Shown here piece after piece: positions 50,712 through 58,884 of a stretch of 62,640 nucleotides of DNA. Below the pieces are notes generated by a model. The model was not told the DNA's origin and did not search any database. It saw nothing but the letters and a program-made list of their open reading frames with translations. Every line of letters starts with the position of its first letter. Position 1 is the first letter of the stretch. A program made the translations under genes and the position numbers. The stretch comes from a virus. Its lineage: Duplodnaviria; Caudoviricetes. Location: positions 1 through 62,640 of the IMG/VR virus record IMGVR_UViG_3300025652_000066, one strand, 5' to 3'.

Positions 50712-50983
50712 TGGATATGTTTCTCCCTGGTATCATCAGCGGCATGGGCATACTCGTTGTGCTTATGCAGTTTGACTTTCGTAAGGTCCTTGGGTACTCG
50801 CTACTCATAGATATAGCAAGCACTGGTGGCTTGGCTTGGATCTTCTTGGGAACGTTCTCAGGAATGATGAGCGGCATCTTCGGTGGGCTCACCGTGTCGC
50901 TTGTCCTTGCCTTTAGCAAAAAGCTTCTTGGTTACAAAAAGCTCACTCGTGGTGGTTGGGTCTCACATCCGGCCACTTGGTAA
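50711..50983 (+). CDS. small multi-TM early membrane protein
   Basis: GGAGG RBS; about three hydrophobic segments. Confidence 0.7.
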   Translation: MDMFLPGIISGMGILVVLMQFDFRKVLGYSLLIDIASTGGLAWIFLGTFSGMMSGIFGGLTVSLVLAFSKKLLGYKKLTRGGWVSHPATW

Positions 50984-50989
50984 TCAGCG

Positions 50990-51020
50990 TTTAGCCTCAG
51001 CACTCAGTGTTGGGGCTAAA
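50990..51020 (+). terminator. terminator-like hairpin related to 50490 and 52381
   Basis: TTTAGCCTCAGCAC-TCA-GTGTTGGGGCTAAA. Confidence 0.55.
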
Positions 51021-51021
51021 A

Positions 51022-51078
51022 ACGTGTCAGCAGAGCATGACACTACATTGGTTTACCTATGTGTACCAACTTCGGTAC
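51022..51078 (+). repeat. early leader element, copy 2
   Basis: GTGTCA-GCAGAGCA-TGACAC TACATTGGTTTACCTATGT + GTACC-AACTTC-GGTAC. Confidence 0.8.
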
Positions 51079-51099
51079 TTACTATCTAAAGGATGGATT

Positions 51100-51306
51100 A
51101 TGAGCTCTCTCATACAAAGAACACACGAAGCTGTAAACAGCTACTACCGCACTCGCATGGTGGGTCTTTCAATCACACACCGTGCGCCTATTGAACAACT
51201 CCGTGTTCAAGCTTGCTTGAATCTAGGCGTTGACCCGTACTTCCAACCTGTCTTTGACGACCTAGCACTAGGCGTCCCAGCAACTATCTCAGGAGCACAC
51301 TCATGA
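51100..51306 (+). CDS. early hypothetical protein
   Basis: AAGGA RBS before ATG 51100. Confidence 0.6.
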   Translation: MSSLIQRTHEAVNSYYRTRMVGLSITHRAPIEQLRVQACLNLGVDPYFQPVFDDLALGVPATISGAHS

Positions 51307-51482
51307 GTAATCAACTATTCATCGCTCGTTCTGACGACGGTTTACAAGACACGTTCATCGATGGCGAAGAAATCGCCTCTGATGACCTTATGGACAACCC
51401 AGAGTTCATGTACTTCTACTCAGAAGTAGAAGACAACGATGAGCTGTCTCTTGAAGACGTCATCAAACTGTATCTCCTATAA
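51303..51482 (+). CDS. 59 aa highly acidic early protein (not in ORF track)
   Basis: AGGAG RBS, ATGA overlap; MSNQLFIARSDDGLQDTFIDGEEIASDDLMDNPEFMYFYSEVEDNDELSLEDVIKLYLL. Confidence 0.7.
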   Translation: MSNQLFIARSDDGLQDTFIDGEEIASDDLMDNPEFMYFYSEVEDNDELSLEDVIKLYLL

Positions 51483-51539
51483 CAAAAACACTAGTGCCTA
51501 GCATTTCGCTAAGCACTCATATCTAAAAGGTAACTAAAA

Positions 51540-52373
51540 ATGGCTAATTCAACTAAAACAAACAGCGTAGCTCAAGTTCAAAACTCAACGGGTAACATCC
51601 TTGATATTGAACGTATCATCGACAGCGTAGAAGGTGGTCACAATGACTTCCTTTGGGATCGCATCGCGAGCAATGGCATGCATGCATTCTCATATGCTTT
51701 CATGACAATTGAGGACATTAGCAAAGCGGCTGTACTCTCAGATGCACAGTCTACGTTCATCACTGCGCTAGAAGCTCAGCAGGCGGACGCTGTGGACTTA
51801 ATAGCTTGGGCTTACCCCAACACCACAGGGTTACGTAATGCACGCACTACGCCTGAATCACAAGCCGCCTACGAAGTAGGTGCTGTGAACAAGAAACTAG
51901 TCACTCAAGCAGATCAAGATCTGCAGTTAATCACTCAAATGATTGACGGCGACTTAAAGAACAAGTTCATTAAGGCGGACGAGGCAGAGCTTCGTAAAAT
52001 ATCAGCTCAGGCTGACTATGAAGAACAAATCGCTGGCATCAGCGAAGCGCTTACTAAGTCATCTGGCTTACAAGCTCGCCTTGCTAAGGCACTCACAGTA
52101 GCAACACAGGCTAAACAGTCAGCATTCGAGGTAACGAATGATACGCAAGCCTTCTTCATCATTGATAGCATGTACAACATCATCCGTGATGGTGCTGACT
52201 TTAACAAAGTCAAAGAGCTTCTTAAGAAGCAATCATCATCGTTCGTACGCGAACGCATCATGGTTAACCGTGTTATCTACCAAGGTGCTGTAGACTCAGT
52301 CAAAGCTATCTGGTCTAAACACAAATCAAACTACGAAGGCGCAGGTTACGCGCCTAGTAACAACATGCACTAG
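51540..52373 (+). CDS. early helical hypothetical protein
   Basis: 277 aa ORF followed by a clear terminator. Confidence 0.75.
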   Translation: MANSTKTNSVAQVQNSTGNILDIERIIDSVEGGHNDFLWDRIASNGMHAFSYAFMTIEDISKAAVLSDAQSTFITALEAQQADAVDLIAWAYPNTTGLRNARTTPESQAAYEVGAVNKKLVTQADQDLQLITQMIDGDLKNKFIKADEAELRKISAQADYEEQIAGISEALTKSSGLQARLAKALTVATQAKQSAFEVTNDTQAFFIIDSMYNIIRDGADFNKVKELLKKQSSSFVRERIMVNRVIYQGAVDSVKAIWSKHKSNYEGAGYAPSNNMH

Positions 52374-52380
52374 ATCCTAC

Positions 52381-52410
52381 AGCCCTAGCACTTCGGTGTT
52401 AGGGCTTTTT
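52381..52410 (+). terminator. intrinsic terminator
   Basis: AGCCCTAGCAC-TTCG-GTGTTAGGGCT-TTTT. Confidence 0.85.
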
Positions 52411-52479
52411 CTATGTCGGTCTTACGTTGGTGGCTCCGACGAGTTAGAGAGCGTTACACGCCCTCTAAGACTAATAGAC

Positions 52480-52509
52480 AAACTAACAGCGCTTAGGCGC
52501 TGTTAGTTT
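52480..52509. repeat. perfect 13 bp inverted repeat
   Basis: AAACTAACAGCGC-TTAG-GCGCTGTTAGTTT followed by an A-tract (possible minus-strand terminator). Confidence 0.7.
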
Positions 52510-52684
52510 AAAAAACACTGACTTACATGGGGTTTACTCGATGCCCATAGCTTAAGCGTTGGTACATATAGCTTTAGTGCTATAATGGGCAGTAAATCTC
52601 GTACTTCGACGTTTACTCCTCCCATAGGGAACTATCACTCTTTTATTTTCTCTCTCCTTTCTTATATAGAAACTCTCTTAAATG

Positions 52685-52790
52685 TAGTGCCCTTAGTGCC
52701 CAGTAGTGTTTATATAATAATAATATAGAGAGGTAACAAGCACTTAACTAAGAAATAAGGCGGGCAATGAAGCGGGCATTGGTCTGGGCA
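52685..52790. other. candidate replication origin
   Basis: TAGTGCCC x2, AT-rich core, then GGGCA x3 at 12 bp spacing. Confidence 0.4.
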
Positions 52791-52954
52791 TGCATTTTAG
52801 TGGACAGTGATATTTGCCCCTATTTAGCACCCGACAGGTTTACCCTGTTTCCACAACCCCCTTTATAACCCTACTCTAAGTAAGGGTGCTAAGCTTAAAT
52901 CACTGCCCTGGACACAACTGGCCAGTTGCCAATGACCACTCTTTGGAGCATAAA

Positions 52955-53206
52955 ATGATCACTCAAGAGAAGCTAAAAGAACTCATCTATTACAAACCTA
53001 GTCATGGGACTGTCACCTTTCTCACTAAAAGAGCACCGATGAAGCCTAACGCCTACGCTATAAACATAGTGGGGGTGTCTTACCCTATAAAGAAGCTGAT
53101 ACACCTATATATGACAGGCGAGATGCCTAAGCACCCTGTCACGCCTCTAAATGGTATCGAATCAGACAACCGCTGGGTAAACTTAGCACAGCTACCGCTT
53201 CGTTAA
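52955..53206 (+). CDS. degenerate HNH homing endonuclease-like protein
   Basis: ITQEKLKELIYY.P..G...YMTGEMP...TPLNG..SDNRWVNL; the usual catalytic DH appears replaced. Confidence 0.55.
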   Translation: MITQEKLKELIYYKPSHGTVTFLTKRAPMKPNAYAINIVGVSYPIKKLIHLYMTGEMPKHPVTPLNGIESDNRWVNLAQLPLR

Positions 53207-53250
53207 GAAACGTGATACTGTACTCCTCACTTTATAACCAAGGACGGGAA

Positions 53251-53412
53251 ATGAAAGCAACAATCAAACGACTTCCCCGAATCCATCCCAGCGAGCATCT
53301 TGATGCGGTGAAGGTAAGCGTCATGTACTTCCGTTGTAGGATGGCGTTCAATAAAACGTGCGTCTCAAACAGCCGCTACCGCGAGTTTAGGGAGCTAATC
53401 AAAGATGCTTAA
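53251..53412 (+). CDS. KAxIKR-family small protein 1
   Basis: MKATIKRLP...ELIKDA. Confidence 0.65.
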   Translation: MKATIKRLPRIHPSEHLDAVKVSVMYFRCRMAFNKTCVSNSRYREFRELIKDA

Positions 53413-53557
53413 AGCAAAACTTAAACGCCAACCAGCCTACAACGACGACGGCATCCCGCTCCGTAAGTTCAGATTCTGGAAAGAGCAATACTACTTTGAC
53501 AAAAGGATGATAAGCGTTGGAGACAGCGTCACAGAATACTGGAGGATCCTGCAATGA
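53405..53557 (+). CDS. KAxIKR-family small protein 2 (not in ORF track)
   Basis: MLKAKLKRQPAYNDDGIPLRKFRFWKEQYYFDKRMISVGDSVTEYWRILQ. Confidence 0.65.
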   Translation: MLKAKLKRQPAYNDDGIPLRKFRFWKEQYYFDKRMISVGDSVTEYWRILQ

Positions 53558-53772
53558 AGCAACACCGTTCGCCCTCACGCCGTATAGAAAGTAAGCTCCT
53601 TAAAGCTACAATTAAACGTATTCCACTAGACACAAGTAACAAACCAAAAGCTAAGGAGCCGTTGACTACGTATGCACGCTTCCAGTTCAGCATTCTCGAC
53701 TACCCGCCATACATAACAGTCAGCAATCAGTCGATGGTGTATAACTACACAGGAGTAATCAGAGATGCTTAA
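53554..53772 (+). CDS. KAxIKR-family small protein 3
   Basis: ...LLKATIKRIP...VIRDA. Confidence 0.65.
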   Translation: MKQHRSPSRRIESKLLKATIKRIPLDTSNKPKAKEPLTTYARFQFSILDYPPYITVSNQSMVYNYTGVIRDA

Positions 53773-53962
53773 AGCTATAATTAAACGTATTCCATTACAA
53801 GAGCTCTTGCCTGATCAACCCAGAAGTGTAGGCCTAACAACATTCAAGCTATGTATACCTAGAACCAGACAGATGAGCATTATATGGTCCCCAGTTGCGT
53901 CCGATTTCATGTATGAAGACTCAATAGAAATACGACTGTGGAGGATACTCAGAGATGCTTAA
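53765..53962 (+). CDS. KAxIKR-family small protein 4
   Basis: MLKAIIKRIP...WRILRDA. Confidence 0.7.
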   Translation: MLKAIIKRIPLQELLPDQPRSVGLTTFKLCIPRTRQMSIIWSPVASDFMYEDSIEIRLWRILRDA

Positions 53963-54152
53963 AGCCACGATCAAACGCGTCCCTGATGACACCGCCTGGA
54001 TGAACCGCTATTACCCGGGTAATAGCGGCAGTTCCCTAGGAACAACCAGATTCAGATTGACTGTATTCGCTAGCGATTACAAAGCCGTGGTATACCCCAC
54101 CCACGGGTTCTCAACTCAGCGAGCGCTAAAGGATATCCTCAAAGAGGCTTAA
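53955..54152 (+). CDS. KAxIKR-family small protein 5
   Basis: MLKATIKRVP...DILKEA. Confidence 0.7.
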   Translation: MLKATIKRVPDDTAWMNRYYPGNSGSSLGTTRFRLTVFASDYKAVVYPTHGFSTQRALKDILKEA

Positions 54153-54179
54153 AACACACAACCATATTAAAGGAATAAT

Positions 54180-54374
54180 ATGTCAAGCAATATGTCAACA
54201 AGGACGAGCACTAGCGCTACACAAGGCTACGGACATGCAACGAATTACGAGTCATCAGGGTTAGTCTTTAGAACTATCTGCCCTGCATGCAAGACAGCGA
54301 AGAAACCGGGCACAAGCCACCCGCGCTGCTCACCGATACTAAAACGAATGCGAGCCGACGGAGAGCTAGGATGA
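54180..54374 (+). CDS. small Zn-finger-like protein
   Basis: CPAC...HPRC; start inside hairpin CATATTA-AAGGAA-TAATATG. Confidence 0.6.
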   Translation: MSSNMSTRTSTSATQGYGHATNYESSGLVFRTICPACKTAKKPGTSHPRCSPILKRMRADGELG

Positions 54375-54610
54375 AAGCAGTCATCAAACGATTCCCCCAA
54401 GACAGCAACTGGATGGCAGATCGCGAAAAAGATAACTCTTCCGTGTTTATGTACGGAGTCGCACGGAAAGATAACTCTTCCGTGTTTATGTACGGAGTCG
54501 CACAGGAAGAAAGCGGCGAGTATATAAGACTATTCATAACCGACACTACGTACCGAGTACATCACCACAGACTTGCTTTAATAATTAACCCCCCTGCTGT
54601 ACGCAGATAA
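54371..54610 (+). CDS. KAxIKR-family small protein 6 with internal 13 aa duplication
   Basis: [21 protein letters not shown] x2. Confidence 0.65.
   Translation: MKAVIKRFPQDSNWMADREKDNSSVFMYGVARKDNSSVFMYGVAQEESGEYIRLFITDTTYRVHHHRLALIINPPAVRR
54428..54503 (+). repeat. 39 bp-period tandem duplication
   Basis: AAAGATAACTCTTCCGTGTTTATGTACGGAGTCGCAC at 54428 and 54467. Confidence 0.9.
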
Positions 54611-54647
54611 CACGACGCCCAATACTGGGCCGTTTAGGAGAACAGCC

Positions 54648-54827
54648 ATGCTAGTATTAACTCGAAAAGAAGGCGAAACCATCCATATTGGTAGCGATAT
54701 TGTGGTAAATGTATTACAATTACGCGGTAATCAAGTCAAGATAGGTATCGAAGCACCCAAGATAGTCGACGTGCACCGAGGCGAGATTTATGCGGCTATA
54801 AAGGCACAACTCCTAAACACACACTAA
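54648..54827 (+). CDS. csrA: CsrA/RsmA family regulator (copy 2; not in ORF track)
   Basis: [60 protein letters not shown]4, R6, H43-R44, EIY conserved; AGGAG RBS. Confidence 0.93.
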   Translation: MLVLTRKEGETIHIGSDIVVNVLQLRGNQVKIGIEAPKIVDVHRGEIYAAIKAQLLNTH

Positions 54828-54849
54828 CACCAACATGCAAGGATGCGTA

Positions 54850-55380
54850 ATGGTAAAAACACCCTCTATCAATTCTCTAGCTCAGGCTAACGGCATCTCA
54901 AGACAAGTCTTGGCATACCGCCGAAAACTGAATCCTGACGCACCGATGAACGAGCTTGTTTACCCACCACGCAGTAGAAGCGTACGTAGCTTTAACTTCA
55001 TTGGGGACAAAGAGCAGTACACTGTCACTGAGCTGGCCAGAGCGTATAACGTGCCAAGACGCACACTTGACACACGCATTACTCGCAACCCCGATGCACT
55101 CATAGAAGACTTACTCTATCCACCTTGTGCAACACCGCACCGAGTCCTCAAGCGGTATATAGCTAAAGACCTACAACCTGAGGTAGTCAAGCCTAAAAAG
55201 CCAAGACGTAAGCCTAACCCACGACCCGATCCGCCACCCTTCTCAGAAGACTACGAGACACTCAACAGGATTCGATCGTATAGAAAAGCAGGAATGAGCG
55301 AAGACGAAATCATGTTCAAACTCAAAATGATAAGCCGCTGGGACAAAACACCCTCGCCTTATGCCGACTACTTATTCTAA
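54850..55380 (+). CDS. DNA-binding protein with two HTH-like repeats
   Basis: SINSLAQANGISRQVL..R...NPDA...EL.YPP repeated as TVTELARAYNVPRRTL..R...NPDA...DL.YPP. Confidence 0.65.
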   Translation: MVKTPSINSLAQANGISRQVLAYRRKLNPDAPMNELVYPPRSRSVRSFNFIGDKEQYTVTELARAYNVPRRTLDTRITRNPDALIEDLLYPPCATPHRVLKRYIAKDLQPEVVKPKKPRRKPNPRPDPPPFSEDYETLNRIRSYRKAGMSEDEIMFKLKMISRWDKTPSPYADYLF

Positions 55381-55391
55381 GGAGAATACAA

Positions 55392-55535
55392 ATGATACCC
55401 GCACCTAAAGACTATAGAGCGAAAGTAGAAGCCCTTAAACTAAAACCCGAGTACAAAAAACCCATAGCTATTAAAACGACACCCACCAATATCCCAGGCC
55501 TACATCGTGTTGACCTAGACGACGTACTCCGATAA
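55392..55535 (+). CDS. 47 aa hypothetical protein (not in ORF track)
   Basis: AAGGAG RBS; MIPAPKDYRAKVEALKLKPEY...DDVLR. Confidence 0.55.
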   Translation: MIPAPKDYRAKVEALKLKPEYKKPIAIKTTPTNIPGLHRVDLDDVLR

Positions 55536-55699
55536 TGACACATCAACTCGATCCCTCACCCTGTTGCGAGGCTATCATGATGGTTTATCCATCCGGCGGC
55601 TCACCTTTATTCCCCGCAATCAAGGGCTCGTACACCCAGTGCATCGAATGCATGCAGCAGTACGAGATGGATTACCAAACCGGTATATTAGCCGAATGA
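55535..55699 (+). CDS. small Cys-containing protein (not in ORF track)
   Basis: TAATG coupling; SPCC...CIEC. Confidence 0.5.
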   Translation: MTHQLDPSPCCEAIMMVYPSGGSPLFPAIKGSYTQCIECMQQYEMDYQTGILAE

Positions 55700-55897
55700 A
55701 ACATAGTTCACAGACCGCACAGACCGCACTAAGCCAAACATGCTAGAGGTGTGAACTAAAGCTTACACTGTTTTTGGAGCAGCACTTAACGTATAACCCC
55801 CAAAATAAAACCTAGTATAAGCATACAGAGTGTGTTTAGCTAAATCCCTCAAACCTCTGGCCCAGGATGGTCAGTTTACTCGTCAAGGAAGACCTTT

Positions 55898-58378
55898 ATG
55901 ACTTTAAACGTCACATTCTTAGAACCCACAGCTCATAATGCTAAAGCCTCAAAACGTTTCTTCCTTGATACGACAGGCAAGATAGACTCAGACTACATTA
56001 CGGGCGCGTTCTTCACATCCCATCAAGAAACCCATTTATCTTTAAAGGACTTCTATGTCTCAATTAAAGAGCACGCCTCCACCTTCCACGCCTTGCTTAA
56101 AGGCAACGTTACACGGCAGATCACAAATGATCGCCGACGTGGTACGACACGTACCACAGACGAAACCAACTGGATCGTCTTTGACGTGGATGGCCTTGCT
56201 GATGTGTCTTCAGCCGAAGAATTTATGAAGGACCTAGGTTATGGCGACGTTGAATACATCATCCAATACTCCGCTTCAAGTGGCGTTAACCCAGACAAAG
56301 GGCTCAGTTGCCATATTATGGCGAAGCTCGACCAGTATTACCCCGCGCCTCTTCTTAAAGAGTGGCTTAAGGACATCAATCTGTCACAGAGATCTCTACG
56401 AGCTCAAATCTCTCTTACGAAAACAAATGCTTCGCTGTCTTGGCCACTAGACATCACCACCTGTCAGAACGATAAGCTAATATTTATATCACCCCCGGAG
56501 GTAACTGAAGGTGTTGAAGACAACTTTAAAGGGCAAAGAATCATTTATCACGAGGGCACTATTCCTTTCATTACACCCGTTATCAAAGACGGGCTTACTG
56601 AACTTAATAAGTTCGCCACAGAGAAAACTATCTCCGAATTACGCGAAGGTATGGGCCTCCCGAAAAAGAGATTTAGCACTACGCTCCACTCCTCAGGTGT
56701 TGAGGTTCTCAAAGGCGTCTCAAACGCGCAGATAACAGGGGTCAAGTTCGATGGCGAATACGTACGTATTAACCTCAACGGCGGGGACTCATGGGCCTAT
56801 TACCATCCAGTTACCGACTCTTCCATACTTTTTAACTTCAAAGGCGAGGCAAACTACCTCATTAAAGAACTTGATCCGGATTATTTTACAGCCTCTCAAG
56901 CGGCGTGCTCAGAGGCAAAAAAGTCCGAGGCCATAGAGAGGCAAGACGCCTATCTCAGGGATGCCAAGCTTGGCGTAGTGCATACAGCAGTACGCGACGC
57001 GGTTACGGACAAGTACTACGCAGTCACTTGGGATCATGGCACCAAAACTTTAGAAGCTAATAAGATACTGACTAAAGATAGGATCAATGACTTTCTCCAC
57101 GACCATGAACTACCAGAAATGGAGCACGTACCGACGTGGGATATTTCGCATAATCTACAATCCGACATCCAATTTGATATTGAAAGTAGACAAGTTAACC
57201 TGTATGCGGCTCCAAAACTCTTGGTACGGGGGAACAGGCCTTTGGTCACCGCACCTCCGCCGGCGATCCACACCTTAATAAGTCACCTTATGGCGGAAGA
57301 CAAAGAATCTGTTGCTCATTTCTATAACTGGATAGCGTCAATCGTTCAGTTCCGAACCACTCCTAAAACATCATGGGTATTACATGGCACACAAGGCACT
57401 GGTAAAGGTTTATTGTTCACAGAAATCCTTGCACCTCTATTTGGTAAAGCTGCCATTAAGAAACCCTATCTTGACTTCGAAGACAAGTTCAATTCCCAGC
57501 TCGCATCCGCGCTTCTCGTCTTTGTGGATGAAGTGTCTAATGAACCGGGCTCTCGAAAAATCCTCCAGAAGCTAAAAACATACATCACCGACGAAGAGCT
57601 TTCATCGCGTGCAATGGGTATTGAATCTACGTATGCAGCAATGCATGCAGCGTTCATCTTCACGTCGAACAACTTAGACATCATGCTCTTAGAAGAAGGC
57701 GATCGCCGCTTTAATATACCGCCTAGACAAGAACGACAGCTTCAGGCGGTGTTACCAGGCAACGATACGTTTAAGTTTGTAGAACAAATCCAGCTCGAGC
57801 TTGAAGACTTCGCTAACTTCTTACACGCATATGAAGTCGATGAGCTTAAAGCCGCGCGTCCTATGGACAACGAAGCGAAAGCGACCTTAATGAGCATCAA
57901 CGAGACGACGATAAGCGCTTATTGCAATGCCATTAAGAGTGGAGATTTACCGTATCTAGCAGCCGCTATACCTATCTCCATTACAGACAGCACTAAGAAT
58001 AGTGTGCACTTTGTGGACCCATTAGAAACCAAGTATTTAAACGTAATCGAAGCCATTATGGATAGATTACCAACAACAGGATTCGATGCAGCAGGTAACA
58101 ATCTTGCTGCAGTGAAGCTAGAAAGTGATGACTTACAAAGTCTTTATAACTTTATAGCAGGCGGTAAACGCCAAACGCAAGCGAAGTTCAACAAGATGTT
58201 GGAACACCAACAGCTGTTCGTTAATCGCATGCGTATCAATGGCCCTAAACGTACGGGCCTGGAGATCAACTTTAAGTATAACGAGTTAGATATGATATCT
58301 ATCAGAAAGATGCTGCTAGGCGACTCCCAAATCAGCACGACTTATCATCGAGGACAACACTCGGCTTCGAGCCATTAA
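55898..58378 (+). CDS. primase-helicase (primase-like N-terminus + SF3 helicase)
   Basis: FDVD...SASSG...H N-terminal motifs; LHGTQGTGKG Walker A, VFVDE Walker B, FTSNN, GDRRF. Confidence 0.85.
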   Translation: MTLNVTFLEPTAHNAKASKRFFLDTTGKIDSDYITGAFFTSHQETHLSLKDFYVSIKEHASTFHALLKGNVTRQITNDRRRGTTRTTDETNWIVFDVDGLADVSSAEEFMKDLGYGDVEYIIQYSASSGVNPDKGLSCHIMAKLDQYYPAPLLKEWLKDINLSQRSLRAQISLTKTNASLSWPLDITTCQNDKLIFISPPEVTEGVEDNFKGQRIIYHEGTIPFITPVIKDGLTELNKFATEKTISELREGMGLPKKRFSTTLHSSGVEVLKGVSNAQITGVKFDGEYVRINLNGGDSWAYYHPVTDSSILFNFKGEANYLIKELDPDYFTASQAACSEAKKSEAIERQDAYLRDAKLGVVHTAVRDAVTDKYYAVTWDHGTKTLEANKILTKDRINDFLHDHELPEMEHVPTWDISHNLQSDIQFDIESRQVNLYAAPKLLVRGNRPLVTAPPPAIHTLISHLMAEDKESVAHFYNWIASIVQFRTTPKTSWVLHGTQGTGKGLLFTEILAPLFGKAAIKKPYLDFEDKFNSQLASALLVFVDEVSNEPGSRKILQKLKTYITDEELSSRAMGIESTYAAMHAAFIFTSNNLDIMLLEEGDRRFNIPPRQERQLQAVLPGNDTFKFVEQIQLELEDFANFLHAYEVDELKAARPMDNEAKATLMSINETTISAYCNAIKSGDLPYLAAAIPISITDSTKNSVHFVDPLETKYLNVIEAIMDRLPTTGFDAAGNNLAAVKLESDDLQSLYNFIAGGKRQTQAKFNKMLEHQQLFVNRMRINGPKRTGLEINFKYNELDMISIRKMLLGDSQISTTYHRGQHSASSH

Positions 58379-58400
58379 CTATATATATAGGATGTATTTT

Positions 58401-58559
58401 ATGACAACTGTAACTTTCACCGTGACAACTAAGCTTGACACTCGTAGCGAATTCACGGAGATAGCGCAATTACAACTAGCGTCAGACCTTATTGCTAAAA
58501 ACTTAGCCGGATTTGACGGCGATGTTGAATTTAAAATAGAACAAGCACAGTTTAACTAA
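58401..58559 (+). CDS. 52 aa hypothetical protein (not in ORF track)
   Basis: AGGA RBS; MTTVTFTVTTKLDTRSEF...EQAQFN. Confidence 0.55.
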   Translation: MTTVTFTVTTKLDTRSEFTEIAQLQLASDLIAKNLAGFDGDVEFKIEQAQFN

Positions 58560-58571
58560 GGAGAATACCTC

Positions 58572-58835
58572 ATGGCACAATCAGTTACTAAAGTATCAGA
58601 CGAAGAGTTTCACTTAGAAATAACCGATAGAGACTTAGCTATCTTTTTCCGAGTGTTCGCCCAAGAGCCGAAAGAGGCAGTACGTATTGCCGCTTTATTC
58701 AACGAAGAACCTCTCTCGTTTGCTGCTATGTCAGCAGATAACCGCACTCAAATCTTAGAGCAAGTGAACAACAAAGAATTGTTCGCCTTAGTAAAAGAGA
58801 CTGAGGAACAAGCACTTGCTGAATTAGCAGACTAG
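58572..58835 (+). CDS. hypothetical protein
   Basis: AAGGAG RBS; acidic 87 aa. Confidence 0.65.
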   Translation: MAQSVTKVSDEEFHLEITDRDLAIFFRVFAQEPKEAVRIAALFNEEPLSFAAMSADNRTQILEQVNNKELFALVKETEEQALAELAD

Positions 58836-58864
58836 TGGTAAAATTGAGCTCCGCTCAAAACTAG

Positions 58865-58880
58865 TTTGCAAGGATGCAAA
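58865..58880 (+). promoter_or_regulatory. CsrA-type hairpin on exonuclease RBS
   Basis: TTTGCA-AGGA-TGCAAA, 4 nt before ATG 58885. Confidence 0.7.
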
Positions 58881-58884
58881 AAAC

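Noticed and set aside
54428-54503. CRISPR mini-array
   Set aside because: Two repeats separated by 2 bp, no spacer, in frame within an ORF; no cas genes.
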